A DNA stretch of 64,000 nt from IMG/VR virus record IMGVR_UViG_3300005239_000324, one strand, 5' to 3'. This DNA comes from an uncultured virus (IMG/VR IMGVR_UViG_3300005239_000324). Taxonomy: Duplodnaviria > Heunggongvirae > Uroviricota > Caudoviricetes > Crassvirales. Below, piece after piece: positions 33,845 to 46,036 of this stretch. A program made the translations under genes and the position numbers. Every line of letters begins with the position of its first letter. The first letter of the stretch is position 1. The notes below the pieces were generated by a model. The model ran no database searches and was not told the origin of the DNA. It saw only the letters and a list, made by a program, of their open reading frames with translations.

Positions 33845-33857
33845 AAAATAAAAATAA

Positions 33858-33882
33858 AAAGATCCCGCTTAGCGGGGTCTTT
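33858..33882 (+). terminator. Terminator-like hairpin after MCP
   Basis: AAAGATCCCGC-TTA-GCGGGGTCTTT. Confidence 0.7.
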
Positions 33883-33907
33883 ATTAATTATTATATTATA
33901 TTATATT

Positions 33908-34702
33908 ATGGAAACAAAAGAAAAAAAGGCTCCAGCTAAAACTGTAGCAAAAGAAATTAAAAAAGATACTTGGGAAATTAAAGATAGGTATTATCATTTA
34001 TTAAATGGTAAATCTCCTTTGACATTTAGAATTAATTCAAAACACTCTTCAAGAAAACCTTTAATGTATTTTGACGAGGCAAAAGGTTATAATAGAGAAC
34101 TAAGATATGCAACTAACATGAGAAGTCCATTTGTTGATGAACAAACTGGATCTGCAACTTTAGGGCATGTTGTCTTTGTTGATGGTGTATTAATGGTACC
34201 TAAATCTGATATAGCTTTACAAAAGCTTTTATCATTATATCATCCAAACAGAAATGAATTATATGCTGAAAAAGATGATGTACAAGAAGCAACTGATGAT
34301 TTAGATTACTTAGAATTAGAAATAGAAGCTTTAAACGCTGCTACGACTATGGATGTTGACCAAGCTGAAGCAATATTAAGAGTTGAATCTGGCTCTAGTG
34401 TATCTAAGATGAGTTCTAAAGAACTTAAAAGAGATTTAATGTTGTTTGCTAGATCAAATCCTAGTTTGTTTATAGAATTAGCAAATGATGAAAATGTTAC
34501 TCTTAGAAACTTTGGTATTAGAGCTACTGAAGCTAATATACTAGGTTTATCTCAAGATCAAAGAACATTTACTTGGGCTAGTAATGGTAGAAAATTAATG
34601 AACGTTCCTTTTGATGAAAACCCATATTCAGCGTTAGCTGCTTGGTTTAAAACTGATGAAGGTGTTGAAGTTTATAAATCTATCGAGAAAAAGTTCAAAT
34701 AA
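33908..34702 (+). CDS. Conserved hypothetical protein downstream of MCP
   Basis: 264-aa complete ORF; RELRYATN, ELKRDL. Confidence 0.75.
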   Translation: METKEKKAPAKTVAKEIKKDTWEIKDRYYHLLNGKSPLTFRINSKHSSRKPLMYFDEAKGYNRELRYATNMRSPFVDEQTGSATLGHVVFVDGVLMVPKSDIALQKLLSLYHPNRNELYAEKDDVQEATDDLDYLELEIEALNAATTMDVDQAEAILRVESGSSVSKMSSKELKRDLMLFARSNPSLFIELANDENVTLRNFGIRATEANILGLSQDQRTFTWASNGRKLMNVPFDENPYSALAAWFKTDEGVEVYKSIEKKFK

Positions 34703-34719
34703 CAAGTGACTATAATTAT

Positions 34720-34748
34720 GAGGGGTTACATAAGTAACCTCTCTTTTT
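34720..34748 (+). terminator. Intrinsic terminator-like hairpin (copy of 29243-29271)
   Basis: Identical hairpin plus T-tract. Confidence 0.7.
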
Positions 34749-34760
34749 AAAATATTAAAA

Positions 34761-35112
34761 ATGGCAATAAGCGTAGATACTGTATATAAAACTGTATTAC
34801 TTATTTTAAATAAAGAACAAAGGGGTTATATGACACCTGATGAATTTAATAAAATAGGTAGTCAAGTACAAAGAGAAATATTTGAGGCTTACTTTGAAGA
34901 CTTAAATCAACAACTACGTATACCTCAGTCTGATATGGAATATTCAGATAGAGTTGCTATTACAGATGAAAAAATTGCAGAATTTAAAACTGAAAATGAC
35001 CAAACAGTAGCTGAAAAAACTATTGGTGGTACGAATCCTTTTACAACTCCTTCTGAGTTATATAGATTAGGTTCAATCACTTATGAACCAAACACTGCAA
35101 CATATAAAGAAA
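34761..35112 (+). CDS. Tail ring/adaptor protein 1, N-terminal fragment
   Basis: Near-identical to 29284-29635. Confidence 0.65.
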
Positions 35113-35132
35113 NNNNNNNNNNNNNNNNNNNN

Positions 35133-35650
35133 ATACAGATAATACTGGCGAACCAACCCAAGATCAAGCAGGTGCTAATTTACTATCACAACAATCACTA
35201 ACTGAAGAAGCTTGGAAAAACAGATCTTTAACTACAGATTTTCAGCCAGATGACTATAGAGATTCTACTAACGAAGGTTTAATAGGCCAAAGATATGGAT
35301 TACAACCTGAGGAAGCTCAAGTAAACGGTATGTTTACTATAAACGAAAGAACAGGTACTTTTTCTTTTTCAAGTGATTTAGCAGGTAAATTAATAATACT
35401 AGAATACATATCTGATAATTTAGCTTATGATGCTGATATGAAACTACCTAAAATGGCAGAGCAAGCAATGTACATGCATATAGCTTATTCTATACTATCA
35501 GGTAGAGCAGGTATTCCAGAATATGTAGTAAATAGATTCAAGAGAGACCGTTCTAGCGCTCTTAGAAACGCTAAAATACGTTTAAGCAATATAAAGATTG
35601 AAGAGATCTCTCAAGTGTTTAGAAACAAATCTAAATGGATTAAACATTAA
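35133..35650 (+). CDS. Tail ring/tubular protein 2, C-terminal fragment
   Basis: Matches 3' part of 25843-26940. Confidence 0.65.
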
Positions 35651-35652
35651 GT

Positions 35653-37602
35653 ATGCCAGAAATTAAAAATACTTTTCTAAAGTCTAAAATGAATAAAGAT
35701 TTAGACTCTAGACTCGTGCCTAACGGTGAGTATAGAGATGCTAAGAATATAAATATTAGTAGATCAGAAGGTTCTGACATTGGAGCTATTGAAAACATAC
35801 TAGGCAATAGTGTTATAACTAATATAAAATCTAAAATAAATACTTTAGAAAATAGTAAAATATTTTATGACGAAGTACCTGGTTTTATTAGACCTTCTGG
35901 GCAGCCTAATTTATCTATAGATGTTAATAACTTAGAAATAATAGGGTTTCATACTGATGACGTTAATCAAAGAATATTTTTATTTTTAACTAATTACACA
36001 GATACATCTAATGATAGGTTAAGTAATTTTGCTACGCCTGATTATTGGGAAAGAGTACCTGGCCCACCTGAAACTTGGCCTTTTTATTATAAAGGAGCTT
36101 GCTGTTATATAGCTCAGTATAATATAAAAACCGAACAGTCTAAAGTGTTAGTAGCAGGTAACTTTCTTAATTTTTCTAAAACGCATCCAATTATAAACTC
36201 TAACATGCTAGATAATTTATTGTTTTGGACTGACAATAGGAATCAACCTAGGAAAATAAATGTAGACTTTGCTTTTAACAATGCTTGGGAAGATGTAGAA
36301 AATTATGTAACTGGAAGTTTTGATATAGGTCTTGATGGATATCAAAAAGCTCCTGGCTCTACAATATATACAGGTAGTCCTTATTACAATTTTGAAGATC
36401 AAATATCAGTAGCTAAGTTTTCTCCATATAGATCAATAGAATTTTTAGATGCTTCAGGAAACTCTGGCTTAGTAGATAAATCTTCAGAGTTTTTACCATA
36501 TCACATAATAACTAATCCAACAACACCTTTTCCATCAAGTACAGTAACAAATCCATTTGTTATTTTTTCAGAAACATTTGACGCTTCTTCATTAAATCCA
36601 GATTTAAAAGTTGGTGATTATTTAGTTATACCAGTTCAAGATAACACTACTAGTGAAGTTGATCTAGAATTTGAAATAACTAGCGTTGGCGCTTCTAGTG
36701 TTCAACTTAATGCTTCTCCGTCTGGTATAGGTATTTCAATAGATGCAAATACTATTGTTCAAATAAAAAGACCTAATCCTAATTACGATATAAATTACAA
36801 AGGAGACGAAAACTTACTTAAAGATAAGTTTGCTAAATTTAGTTATAGATTTAAATATGATGATAGCGAATATTCTTTAATAGCTCCTTTCTCTCAAGCT
36901 GCATTTGTACCTAAACAATACGGATCATTTCTATTTGATCAAGAAAATGTAACATTACAAAGCGGAAATGTCAACTTTATGGAGAATATGGTAGATAATG
37001 TAAAGTTAAAAATAAATACTCCGCATAATTGTAACACTTTAAAGTATAGGTATAAAATAGACGAATTTCAAGTTGTAATAAAGTTTTCTGACGAGCAAGC
37101 TATTAGAGTTATAAGAGATATACCTATATCTGAAATAACAGGTGGTTCTAGTTCAACTCAAACTTATTTTATAGAAGATTATTTATCTTCTAAGCCTTTT
37201 AAAACTTTACCAGAAGACGAGTTAATAAGAGTATCCGATAGAGTACCTATCAGAGCTATGACTCAAGAAGTGTCAGGCAATAGATTAATATATGGAAATT
37301 TTATAGATAAACATGCTACTCCAGACTCTTTAGATTATAACTTACAATATACTCAAAAAGGCTCAACTACTAACTCTATAACAAAAGAGTTTCCTAATCA
37401 TACTTTAAAGCAAAATAGAAGTTATCAAATAGGTGTAGTATTACTAGATAGATATGGTAGATCTTCAGATATTATATTCTCTGATCCTAGCTCTGTGTCT
37501 GGAAGTTCAGGAGGTAGCCCTAACATGAACTCAACATTATATGCGCCTTACAGTAATTATGGAACTGATTCTGTAGACTATTTTGGTAATATAATGCAAC
37601 TG
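35653..37602 (+). CDS. Tail stabilisation-like protein A, another allele (3' truncated)
   Basis: Same conserved blocks as 26943-28718 with different intervening segments. Confidence 0.65.
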
Positions 37603-37622
37603 NNNNNNNNNNNNNNNNNNNN

Positions 37623-40600
37623 TTTAAAAACTACTCATCCCCTAGTAAGACTATAACTTTGAGCGGTATAACAAGTACTATATCTGGAGCTGATCATTAT
37701 ATATGTTATTGCGAAATACCTAGCTTTCAAAACACGTTTGATGTTGAAAATATTGTTTTCAAAACATTAGTAACTGGCACTTTTTTAAATTTTTCTAAAA
37801 CACATCCTATATTAGGTGTTAATTTATTGGAAAATTTATTGTTTTGGACAGATAACAGAAATCAACCAAGAAAAATAAACGTTGAAAAAGCAATAAGTAA
37901 TTCAAGCTACTACAACTCAGAAGACAATATTTCCGTAGCTAAATACGCTCCTTTTAGCCCTATAAGTTTTTTAAAAAATACCACTGGTGTAGCTGAATCA
38001 ACTTTGATAAATGAAAAAGATGAATGGCTAGCTCCTTTTTTTGGATTACCAGGACAAATATATGATAGAAATGCTGGTGCTCCAATTGATGACGTTTTAC
38101 TTTTTGGTAATTCCGCAGGTAGGTTAACAGACCACTTACCAGCTGGAACACCACCTTATGATATAAGAATAACAAGCGCTGGAGAACCTAACAAAGGCGA
38201 AGCTATTGTTAAAAGCATAGTTGCTGACGCTGCCGGGGACTTTATATATATAAAGTCAACATCTGGAGCAGATATTAACGATATAGCTACAACTTTAGGA
38301 TGGTCAAATGGTACTTTCTTGTTTCAGTTAAAAAATCCTAATTATAATGCTAGTTTTGCTGGAGATAAAAACTTGTTAGAAAACAAGTTTGTTAGATTTA
38401 GTTATAGATTTAAATATGACGAAAATGATTACTCATTAACGGCTCCTTTTTCTCAACATGCTTTTGTTCCTAAGCAGTACGGTTATTTTGTTGGCATAGA
38501 CAGTGATGAAGCTAGAGAGTCTAGTATTGTTAGTTTTATGGAAAATCAAATTACAACAGCCGGATTAGTAATTGAATTACCACACTCACCCGATATAATA
38601 GAGGAAAAATTAAAAGTGAGTGAAATACAACTGCTTTACAAAGCCTCTGATGAACAGAGCTTAAAAGTGATAAAAGATTTAAAAATTAAAGACATAACAG
38701 GTTCTGTTGGAGGTTTATCAATAAAATCAGCTGGAAGTAACTACGGTGTAGGAACATTTAATAATGTTTCTTTAGGAGGCGGGAGCGGTAGTGGCGCTAA
38801 AGCAACCATAGTTATCGATGGCGCTGGAAGAGTTACTTCAGCAACTATAACAATTTCTGGTGAGGGTTATTTAGATGAAGATGTTTTAACAGTTCCACCA
38901 CTCGCTACTGCTCCTACCACACCTAGTGGTTCTGGAGGAGAGTTAAATATCACATTATCTAATACTATAATTTATAAATATTCTTCTGAAAAACCTACAA
39001 AAGTACTTCCAGAAAAAGAAATAGTAAGAGTTAGCGATATAATACCATTAAGAGCTGCTACACAAGAAATTGTAGGTAATAGAATTATTTATGGTAATTT
39101 TTTACAAAATAAAACAACACCTGATTCTTTAAGGTATTCAGTTTCTAAAGTTAACAAAGGTACTAACTCTTCAAATGTTAAAAAAGAATTAATAAATCAT
39201 AATTTAAAACAAAATAGATCTTATCAAGTAGGTGTAGTTCTTCAAGATAGATATGGTAGAGCTTCTAATGTTATTTTAAGCGATAATGAATTAAATTTTA
39301 ATTCTAGTTTTTTTAGTAATTACAGCAACGGAGGTACAGATCCTTTAACATGGGGTGGTGATTCTCTAAAAGTTGAATTTGATGAATTAATACCATCACA
39401 AAAAACAAATGATTATATTGGTATTTGGAATCAAGATACTAACCCATTAGGTTGGTATACTTACAAGTTAGTTGTAAAACAACAAGAACAAGATTATTAC
39501 AATATATATACCGCAGGTAACGTTAGTGGTAATTTTGATTTTGAAAAATATGAAACACCAATATCTTATTCTAATACAGAGTCTGTTTCTCAAATAGCTT
39601 TATTTAATGACAATATAAATAAAATTCCAAGAAACTTAAAAGAAGTAGGTCCTTCTGATAAGATATATAGTTCAAGTACTATATTATATAATAGAGTTAA
39701 ACAAACACATAGAGGAAGCGATAATTCGCCGGCTATAGCTAATATTGGCGAGCAAAATAGAAACCCTAGCAAAATAGAAATAACAAATATTAAACCTTTT
39801 AGAGAAATTGGAGATTGGACTACTAAGAAGAATATAGACATGTATTACTACTTAATGGGAGCAGATGGCAGCACTCAAATAACAAGTCAAGATACATATA
39901 TATACCCAGGTTATGAAGGTGCTGTGAATCCGTTTTTTATGAAAGACAATAAAAATCCTTTAATAGCTACTTTTAAAACAAGCACTAGGTTAGGATATAC
40001 AGCAACTTCTCAACAAAGATCTGAACAAGGTAATACTGATATTTTTGCTAAAAAATTAAATATTTTTGAAACAGATCCTTTTAAATCTTCAATAGATATA
40101 TATTATGAAACATCTACTTCTGGTCTAATATCTGATTTTAATAACAATGTAGATGCTGGTTTTGGTACTCCAGCTCCGGGTGGTTTAACAGATATAAATA
40201 TTCAGTTTAGAGAATCAACTACCTCTCCAGTAGATGTAAGTAATACTTTTCAAATAGTAAACACTCAAGGTCAACCTTTAAACAATGCTACGTGTAGAGT
40301 ACTAACTCCTGAGGTTTTTGTTATAGATTCTAATGGACAAAGATCTCAAGTTTTACCATCACCTGTCACTCTTCAAGAGACTCAAGCAGCTGCGCTACCT
40401 AGTACTCCTCCAATTTACAAGCTAACCAGCGCAAATACAGAAATTTTTAACTCTTTATCTACAACATTAAATAACTATATAATTAAATTTACTTTAAAAG
40501 TAGATGGATTTGCCGATGTTACTGTAGAAGAAGAATTTAACCTAACAAACGTTAAGCCATCTATATATAAAATAATGTCTTCTGAGCTTACTTTTAATGA

Positions 40601-41423
40601 GGGGGGTTTTGAAAGTACAGACCCTTCAGCTGGTGACTTTTGGTTTGATGGAAACTTTATAGGTAATGGAGGTTTGCAAGCTTTTTTAGATAGCGACGAA
40701 AATAACCCTATTGATGTAGTTAATTACGCTGGTAATGACTATAACAATGCTTATGTTTTAAATCAAAATTATATAGTAAAAAGCCAAAACTGGATTAATA
40801 GAGGTGTTAACGGTCCAGTACCTGTTCCAAATAATTTAAACATTGCTGGAGGAGAAGCTTTTGAAAGATCAGTATCACAAACTCTTCCTTCAGGAGGAAA
40901 TACACTATATCTATCTTCTTTGTATTACTCACCGTCAGATATTTGTTACTTTGGATTTACTACTAATGGCGCTGAATTAATATCTTCTTTTTCAGAGACT
41001 AACGATGCTAAGTTTGTTAATACAGGTAATGTGTTGGGTACAAAAGATGAAGGTGTAAGAGCTAAAATATTATCAGTTACTAGATACAATGCTAGATTTA
41101 ATGGTAGAAATTCTAAAATTTACTGTACTGATTCAAGTAGCGGTGTTAATCAAATTGATGAATTCACAATAAGAGATATACAAAGTGGACCAACAACAAA
41201 TTTATCCACAGACAGAACAGGTGGTATTTACCCTACTGTTTCTTACATAGGGGGAGCATTTCAAAATAGTAATTTTGTAGTTGGCAGTAATTTTATTACT
41301 GGATGGAGAGGAGCTTATATGTATTATATAAAACTAGGTATTACAGACGCTAGTGACGCTGCTGGCTCTTTACCTAGCTTACCATACTATGTTAAATTAG
41401 TTATTTATAATAATTTTTCTTAA
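37623..41423 (+). CDS. Tail stabilisation-like protein A, another allele (5' truncated, >1250 aa)
   Basis: FLNFSKTHP, FWTDNRNQPRKIN, FSYRFKYD, GWYTYKLVVKQ, IDIYYETSTSG. Confidence 0.65.
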   Translation, partial: FKNYSSPSKTITLSGITSTISGADHYICYCEIPSFQNTFDVENIVFKTLVTGTFLNFSKTHPILGVNLLENLLFWTDNRNQPRKINVEKAISNSSYYNSEDNISVAKYAPFSPISFLKNTTGVAESTLINEKDEWLAPFFGLPGQIYDRNAGAPIDDVLLFGNSAGRLTDHLPAGTPPYDIRITSAGEPNKGEAIVKSIVADAAGDFIYIKSTSGADINDIATTLGWSNGTFLFQLKNPNYNASFAGDKNLLENKFVRFSYRFKYDENDYSLTAPFSQHAFVPKQYGYFVGIDSDEARESSIVSFMENQITTAGLVIELPHSPDIIEEKLKVSEIQLLYKASDEQSLKVIKDLKIKDITGSVGGLSIKSAGSNYGVGTFNNVSLGGGSGSGAKATIVIDGAGRVTSATITISGEGYLDEDVLTVPPLATAPTTPSGSGGELNITLSNTIIYKYSSEKPTKVLPEKEIVRVSDIIPLRAATQEIVGNRIIYGNFLQNKTTPDSLRYSVSKVNKGTNSSNVKKELINHNLKQNRSYQVGVVLQDRYGRASNVILSDNELNFNSSFFSNYSNGGTDPLTWGGDSLKVEFDELIPSQKTNDYIGIWNQDTNPLGWYTYKLVVKQQEQDYYNIYTAGNVSGNFDFEKYETPISYSNTESVSQIALFNDNINKIPRNLKEVGPSDKIYSSSTILYNRVKQTHRGSDNSPAIANIGEQNRNPSKIEITNIKPFREIGDWTTKKNIDMYYYLMGADGSTQITSQDTYIYPGYEGAVNPFFMKDNKNPLIATFKTSTRLGYTATSQQRSEQGNTDIFAKKLNIFETDPFKSSIDIYYETSTSGLISDFNNNVDAGFGTPAPGGLTDINIQFRESTTSPVDVSNTFQIVNTQGQPLNNATCRVLTPEVFVIDSNGQRSQVLPSPVTLQETQAAALPSTPPIYKLTSANTEIFNSLSTTLNNYIIKFTLKVDGFADVTVEEEFNLTNVKPSIYKIMSSELTFNEGGFESTDPSAGDFWFDGNFIGNGGLQAFLDSDENNPIDVVNYAGNDYNNAYVLNQNYIVKSQNWINRGVNGPVPVPNNLNIAGGEAFERSVSQTLPSGGNTLYLSSLYYSPSDICYFGFTTNGAELISSFSETNDAKFVNTGNVLGTKDEGVRAKILSVTRYNARFNGRNSKIYCTDSSSGVNQIDEFTIRDIQSGPTTNLSTDRTGGIYPTVSYIGGAFQNSNFVVGSNFITGWRGAYMYYIKLGITDASDAAGSLPSLPYYVKLVIYNNFS

Positions 41424-41432
41424 ACTCTAAAC

Positions 41433-41687
41433 ATGGCTTATCAATTAGAAGTAAAATATTATAACTCGTTTTGGTTAAAACAGATTACAACACCTTTAGT
41501 GGCAAATGCTACTAATACAGGTAATAGATATGTTAGTCTTTTTCCAGGTGTAGAAGGCTTGAGTTTTAATAACAGTACTAATGAAGGTTTTCCAAATTTT
41601 CCTCAACCAACTGGCAATGTCAAACCTTACTCAAATGTTTATTCAGGAGACAATGACAATTATAATGTTACTAATGGATCAAATTAT
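41433..41687 (+). CDS. Tail stabilisation-like protein B, N-terminal fragment
   Basis: VKYYNSFWLK corresponds to INYFNSFVLK at 46037. Confidence 0.6.
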
Positions 41688-41707
41688 NNNNNNNNNNNNN
41701 NNNNNNN

Positions 41708-42524
41708 ATCAAGTGGAGCAGATATAATAGCTTTAGTTGAAGGCTTATTTGGATCTACTGGCGGAAGCTTTTTAGATATATTTATAGATAAAAGCCCAGG
41801 AACACCTAGCGGAGGTAGTGTTACTTTCAATAAATTTGTAAAAGAATTAGTAGTTGGAGGTTTTGATAATTACAATAATAACTACACTTTATCATTACAG
41901 AAACAAACTAATTTTGTAACACCTACTACATCTCAAGATAACTTAACTGATTTTTACACTTTATCTTTCGACGAAAGAGCAAGTGGTTGGACTAGTTTTT
42001 ATACTTATAAACCTGGTTTTATTTTTAGTTTAAAAAACAACTACTACACAGTTAGTGACTCAGAACTTTACAGACATTATTCTAATAGTACTAGAAATCA
42101 ATTTTATGGAGTTCAAAGCGGATCTAATATAACTTTTGTTTTTAATTCTAGTCCAAGTATAGTTAAAAACTTTAAAACTATTAATTACGAAGGTGATAGT
42201 GGTTGGGAAGTTAATTTCCTAGAATCAGATAGACAAGGTAGTTACTTTGATCAAGCTAAGCCAATAAGAAGTTACGATGAAGGTTTATATACAGAAAATG
42301 GTATACCTTATAGAGTAGGTTTTACAGTAAAAGAAAATAAATATTTTGCTAATTTAGTTAATAATACCGAGGCAAGGCCAGGTGAAGTAGTATTTGGCAA
42401 TGCTACAACAGGTATTAAAGGTTATTTAGCAACAGTAAAAGTATCGACAGACGCAACTACAAATCCAGGTGGAACTAAAGAGTTGTTTGCTGTCTCAACA
42501 GAATTTGTAGTATCATCAAGATAA
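41708..42524 (+). CDS. Tail stabilisation-like protein B, C-terminal fragment
   Basis: TLSFDE..SGWTSFYTY, KNFKTINYEG, KENKYFA; 3' end near-identical to that of 46037-47722. Confidence 0.65.
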
Positions 42525-42534
42525 AATTATAATT

Positions 42535-43458
42535 ATGCCATTAGATAAAGTATTAGGATTTTTTGCGGACAATAAAGAAGTGACTCAGTTAATAGCTAAG
42601 TCAGTTCCAGCTATTATGGGGTTTCACCAAGCTAATAAATCTAAAAACGCAATAGAAGATTATCAAACAAAGTTAGATGATATTGAAAAAAGCAGACAGC
42701 AAATAGTTAATCCATATGCTAATGTAACTAATCCTTTTGCTAATATGCAAGTAGCTACAAAAGCTGCTGAAATGCAAGCAGAGCAAGCAGATATTTCTTT
42801 AGCTAATACATTAGATAATTTAAGACAAACTGGAGCTGGTGGAGCAACTGCTTTAGCTCAAGCTGCTTTAAGATCTAAACAAGGTATTACAGCTAATATA
42901 CAACAACAAGAGACTCAAAATCAAAGACTATACGCTCAAGGCCAGCAGCAAATGGAAATGGCTAAAGCACAAGGCGAACAAGCTAGGTTTAACATGCAAG
43001 AAAATAGAGATGTTAGAGATACTTATAGATTACAAATGCAAATGGATTTAGCGCAGCAACAAAGAGCAGCTGGTTTAGCCACAGGTGCAGCAGCTTTAGC
43101 CTCTGGAATAGGTGGTTTATCTACTTTTATAAATCCTGAAGCTAAAAATACTGAAACTACTAGCTATGCAGCTACTAATTCTGCAAATCAAAGAGCTTCT
43201 TCAAGTGCTCAAACAAATCTTTTAAATTTACAAAACCAACAAGGTATAGTTCAACAACTTCCAATAACTGCACCACCTACTGTTATGGTACCAGGAGCTA
43301 CAACATTAGGTCAATACTACCAAGGATTAGGTCAAAGCTTGCCTTCGCTACAAGATAGAGCGCCTTTGTATGAGCAATTTGGATTAGGCACGGCCGGTGA
43401 TTATGTTGGTGATCGTGAACAAAATGCACTTTTATTAGAATATTTACAAAACCAATAA
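42535..43458 (+). CDS. Putative internal virion/ejection protein 1, allele 1
   Basis: Q/A-rich with GAGGATALAQAAL hydrophobic core; follows tail genes. Confidence 0.55.
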   Translation: MPLDKVLGFFADNKEVTQLIAKSVPAIMGFHQANKSKNAIEDYQTKLDDIEKSRQQIVNPYANVTNPFANMQVATKAAEMQAEQADISLANTLDNLRQTGAGGATALAQAALRSKQGITANIQQQETQNQRLYAQGQQQMEMAKAQGEQARFNMQENRDVRDTYRLQMQMDLAQQQRAAGLATGAAALASGIGGLSTFINPEAKNTETTSYAATNSANQRASSSAQTNLLNLQNQQGIVQQLPITAPPTVMVPGATTLGQYYQGLGQSLPSLQDRAPLYEQFGLGTAGDYVGDREQNALLLEYLQNQ

Positions 43459-43660
43459 ATTATGGAAGATTTTAGCAAACCAGTGAGTCCTTATAGAGGT
43501 CGAGGAAGAGGTAATTACGTGCCTAGAACAATTTTTNNNNNNNNNNNNNNNNNNNNCTCTCAAAGTGGTATAATAAAATGGAATCAAAACAATCCAAAAT
43601 CAACTGCTAAATACTATGATTGGTTAGAAAAAAATAAATAATGTTAAAAAATAATAAACT

Positions 43661-45067
43661 ATGCCAAGAGTAAAAACAATAAGTCCAGGTAGATTAACTG
43701 GAGTAAGTGGATTAACAAGAGAAGCAGCTAGACAAGTAGGTAGACAAAAAGATATTGAATATCAATTTGAATTACAAGATTGGAGAGCAGAAAAAGCAAA
43801 GCTTGAAGGTATAAAACAAGAGCAGTTAAATTACTTAGATCAAAAAATGAAAATGATAGCTGGTGAAGAACAAGCCGGTGGAACAACTTTTGATGAAGGA
43901 TTTAAAAAAGCTCAGATGGATCAAGCTAAAGAATATGCTAGTATTGTATCTGATATTAAGCTTGGTAATATAGATGCAGGAGACGGTTATGCTAAACTAG
44001 CAGTGTTTGATCAATCATTAAAAAACATAGAAACTGCAATACCTAACTTTAACGTGGCTTGGAAACAAATTCAAGAAGCTATGAATAAAGAAGAAGGAGA
44101 AGTTGGTTCTTTCGTGTATGATGGCTCTGGAAAAACTTTTGAAATAGCCCAATTATTTAATGATATGTATTCACCTACTAGAAGTGGTAATGTATCTACA
44201 ATTATTGAAGATGGTAAAACTTTTTTAGTTCATAAAGACGGTCAAAAAATATCTATAGAAGGTTTAAATGCTATAATGAGTGGTGAAAACCCTGATTATC
44301 CTATAAACTTTGTTGAAGATCCAAGAGAAGCTTTACAAGCTGTTCATGATGTAATGATGAAAAAAAATGAAAGCAAGTTTAAAATTAGAAAAGGAACTCA
44401 AGTAAAAGATTCAAAAGGTCGAACAATTACTACAAAAAAAGATCAATTTTACTTAAAAAAAGGTTCAAACTATGATTCTATGCTAAGTGAAGCTGTTGTT
44501 CCTATATTAAATGATGATCAAAAAATGAAAGGTTTTTGGTTGAATTTAGGTGGTGAAGGAAGTTGGAACAATAGTGAGGAACAAAGAAAAATAGCTCAAC
44601 AAGCTTTGGTTGATATGGCTAGAAATTCATTTGGACCTAAAAACGATGTGTTAACTATAGATGTTTCTTTACCCAAAAGCGATGAAGACAACGGCGACGG
44701 TAGTAAAAGTGATATTCTGGTTGACTACACTGATTTAGTAGGTGGTCTTATAGAAAAATCAAAAGTTGAAGGAACTAATATACCTCAACCTAAAATTTTA
44801 AGAGAGCTAGCTTATGATGAAATTATGTCTTTAAATCCTGGTGAATTTGCTAGAAGCAGTGATCCTAGAGTTATAAAAGATGTTGGAAAAGGAATAGCAA
44901 AAACAGAAAAACTTCTTGGCTATGATCCTTTATATACGTGGAATCCTCAGCGAGGTGGTTTTTGGGAAGAGTTTCCAATTTCTAATGAAAACTTAAGCTC
45001 TACTGGCCTAAATAAACTTTTTATAACAGCAACTCCAAAATCAAAAAAGAAAAAAGCTTACAATTAA
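43661..45067 (+). CDS. Putative internal virion protein 2
   Basis: 468-aa helical ORF; positionally similar to 48524. Confidence 0.5.
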   Translation: MPRVKTISPGRLTGVSGLTREAARQVGRQKDIEYQFELQDWRAEKAKLEGIKQEQLNYLDQKMKMIAGEEQAGGTTFDEGFKKAQMDQAKEYASIVSDIKLGNIDAGDGYAKLAVFDQSLKNIETAIPNFNVAWKQIQEAMNKEEGEVGSFVYDGSGKTFEIAQLFNDMYSPTRSGNVSTIIEDGKTFLVHKDGQKISIEGLNAIMSGENPDYPINFVEDPREALQAVHDVMMKKNESKFKIRKGTQVKDSKGRTITTKKDQFYLKKGSNYDSMLSEAVVPILNDDQKMKGFWLNLGGEGSWNNSEEQRKIAQQALVDMARNSFGPKNDVLTIDVSLPKSDEDNGDGSKSDILVDYTDLVGGLIEKSKVEGTNIPQPKILRELAYDEIMSLNPGEFARSSDPRVIKDVGKGIAKTEKLLGYDPLYTWNPQRGGFWEEFPISNENLSSTGLNKLFITATPKSKKKKAYN

Positions 45068-45068
45068 T

Positions 45069-45550
45069 ATGAACGAAAAAGTATTAAGTCAACTTTACCA
45101 AAACGGTTTAGAAGTTTTTGATTTACCAGATTACGAAACTTTTAAAGTAGATATGCAAGACGAATCAAAGCTTTCACAGTTTAGAGAAAGTATGGTTAGT
45201 GAAAACTTTGATATACCAGATATTGAAACTTTTAAAGTTGATGTTGGTTTTTTAAATGTAAATCAAGATCCAGTTAAAGAACCTGTTAAAGAAGAAAAGC
45301 TTGAAATAACAGAGCAAGACTGGACAGATACTGAAGAAAACTTTTTAAAGAAAAACAAAGAAAAACTAGCTAAGCTTTATCCTGGCTTTGAATTTGAAGA
45401 GTCAATTTTTGATATAAATGGTATTACTGTTAAAAATAAATCAACTGGTGAAGAGGAAAGCTTTGATTTAGCAGGTACATCTTTTCAATTTAGCGATTTT
45501 AATGAGTTTAAAGAGTTTGTAAGTAAAAAGACTGAAACAGATCCTGTGAA
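45069..45550 (+). CDS. Probable N-terminus of giant internal virion protein
   Basis: Repeated FDLPDYETFKVD / FDIPDIETFKVD; cut by spacer. Confidence 0.5.
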
Positions 45551-45570
45551 NNNNNNNNNNNNNNNNNNNN

Positions 45571-46004
45571 TATCAAATATAATGATTGATGGAGACTCAA
45601 CTCAATATGATATAAACACTTTACCTGCTTTGTTATACAGCAACCCTATTGAAGCAGATTCAAATTTACAAAGTTTTGAAGTACTTAAGTTTACAGTAAA
45701 AAATGGTAGTGCAGATACTAATAGAGACACTGAACAAGTGTTAGCAGAAGTGAATTTATCTGAAGGTGACAACGCTGGTCAACCTCACCCTTATTTAACC
45801 GTTGACAATTTTGATGGCAATGGAGTTCAGTTGCCGTCAAATCAGTTTGTTGTACATCCCAACGTTAGCGCTATAGTAGCGGCTTTTGGGAATGTAATTT
45901 CATTGATTTACACTGGATTTATAGTTGATACTTACGATAGTAATGGTAGTTCAGTGCCTGCTGGAAAAACTTCTTTTACTAGATCTATACGATTTGAACC
46001 TTAG
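45571..46004 (+). CDS. C-terminal fragment, probably of tail protein A (divergent allele)
   Basis: Lies directly upstream of tail protein B; no visible similarity to the C-terminus ending at 41423. Confidence 0.5.
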
Positions 46005-46036
46005 TAATATAATTTAAAAACAAGTGATAATATAAT

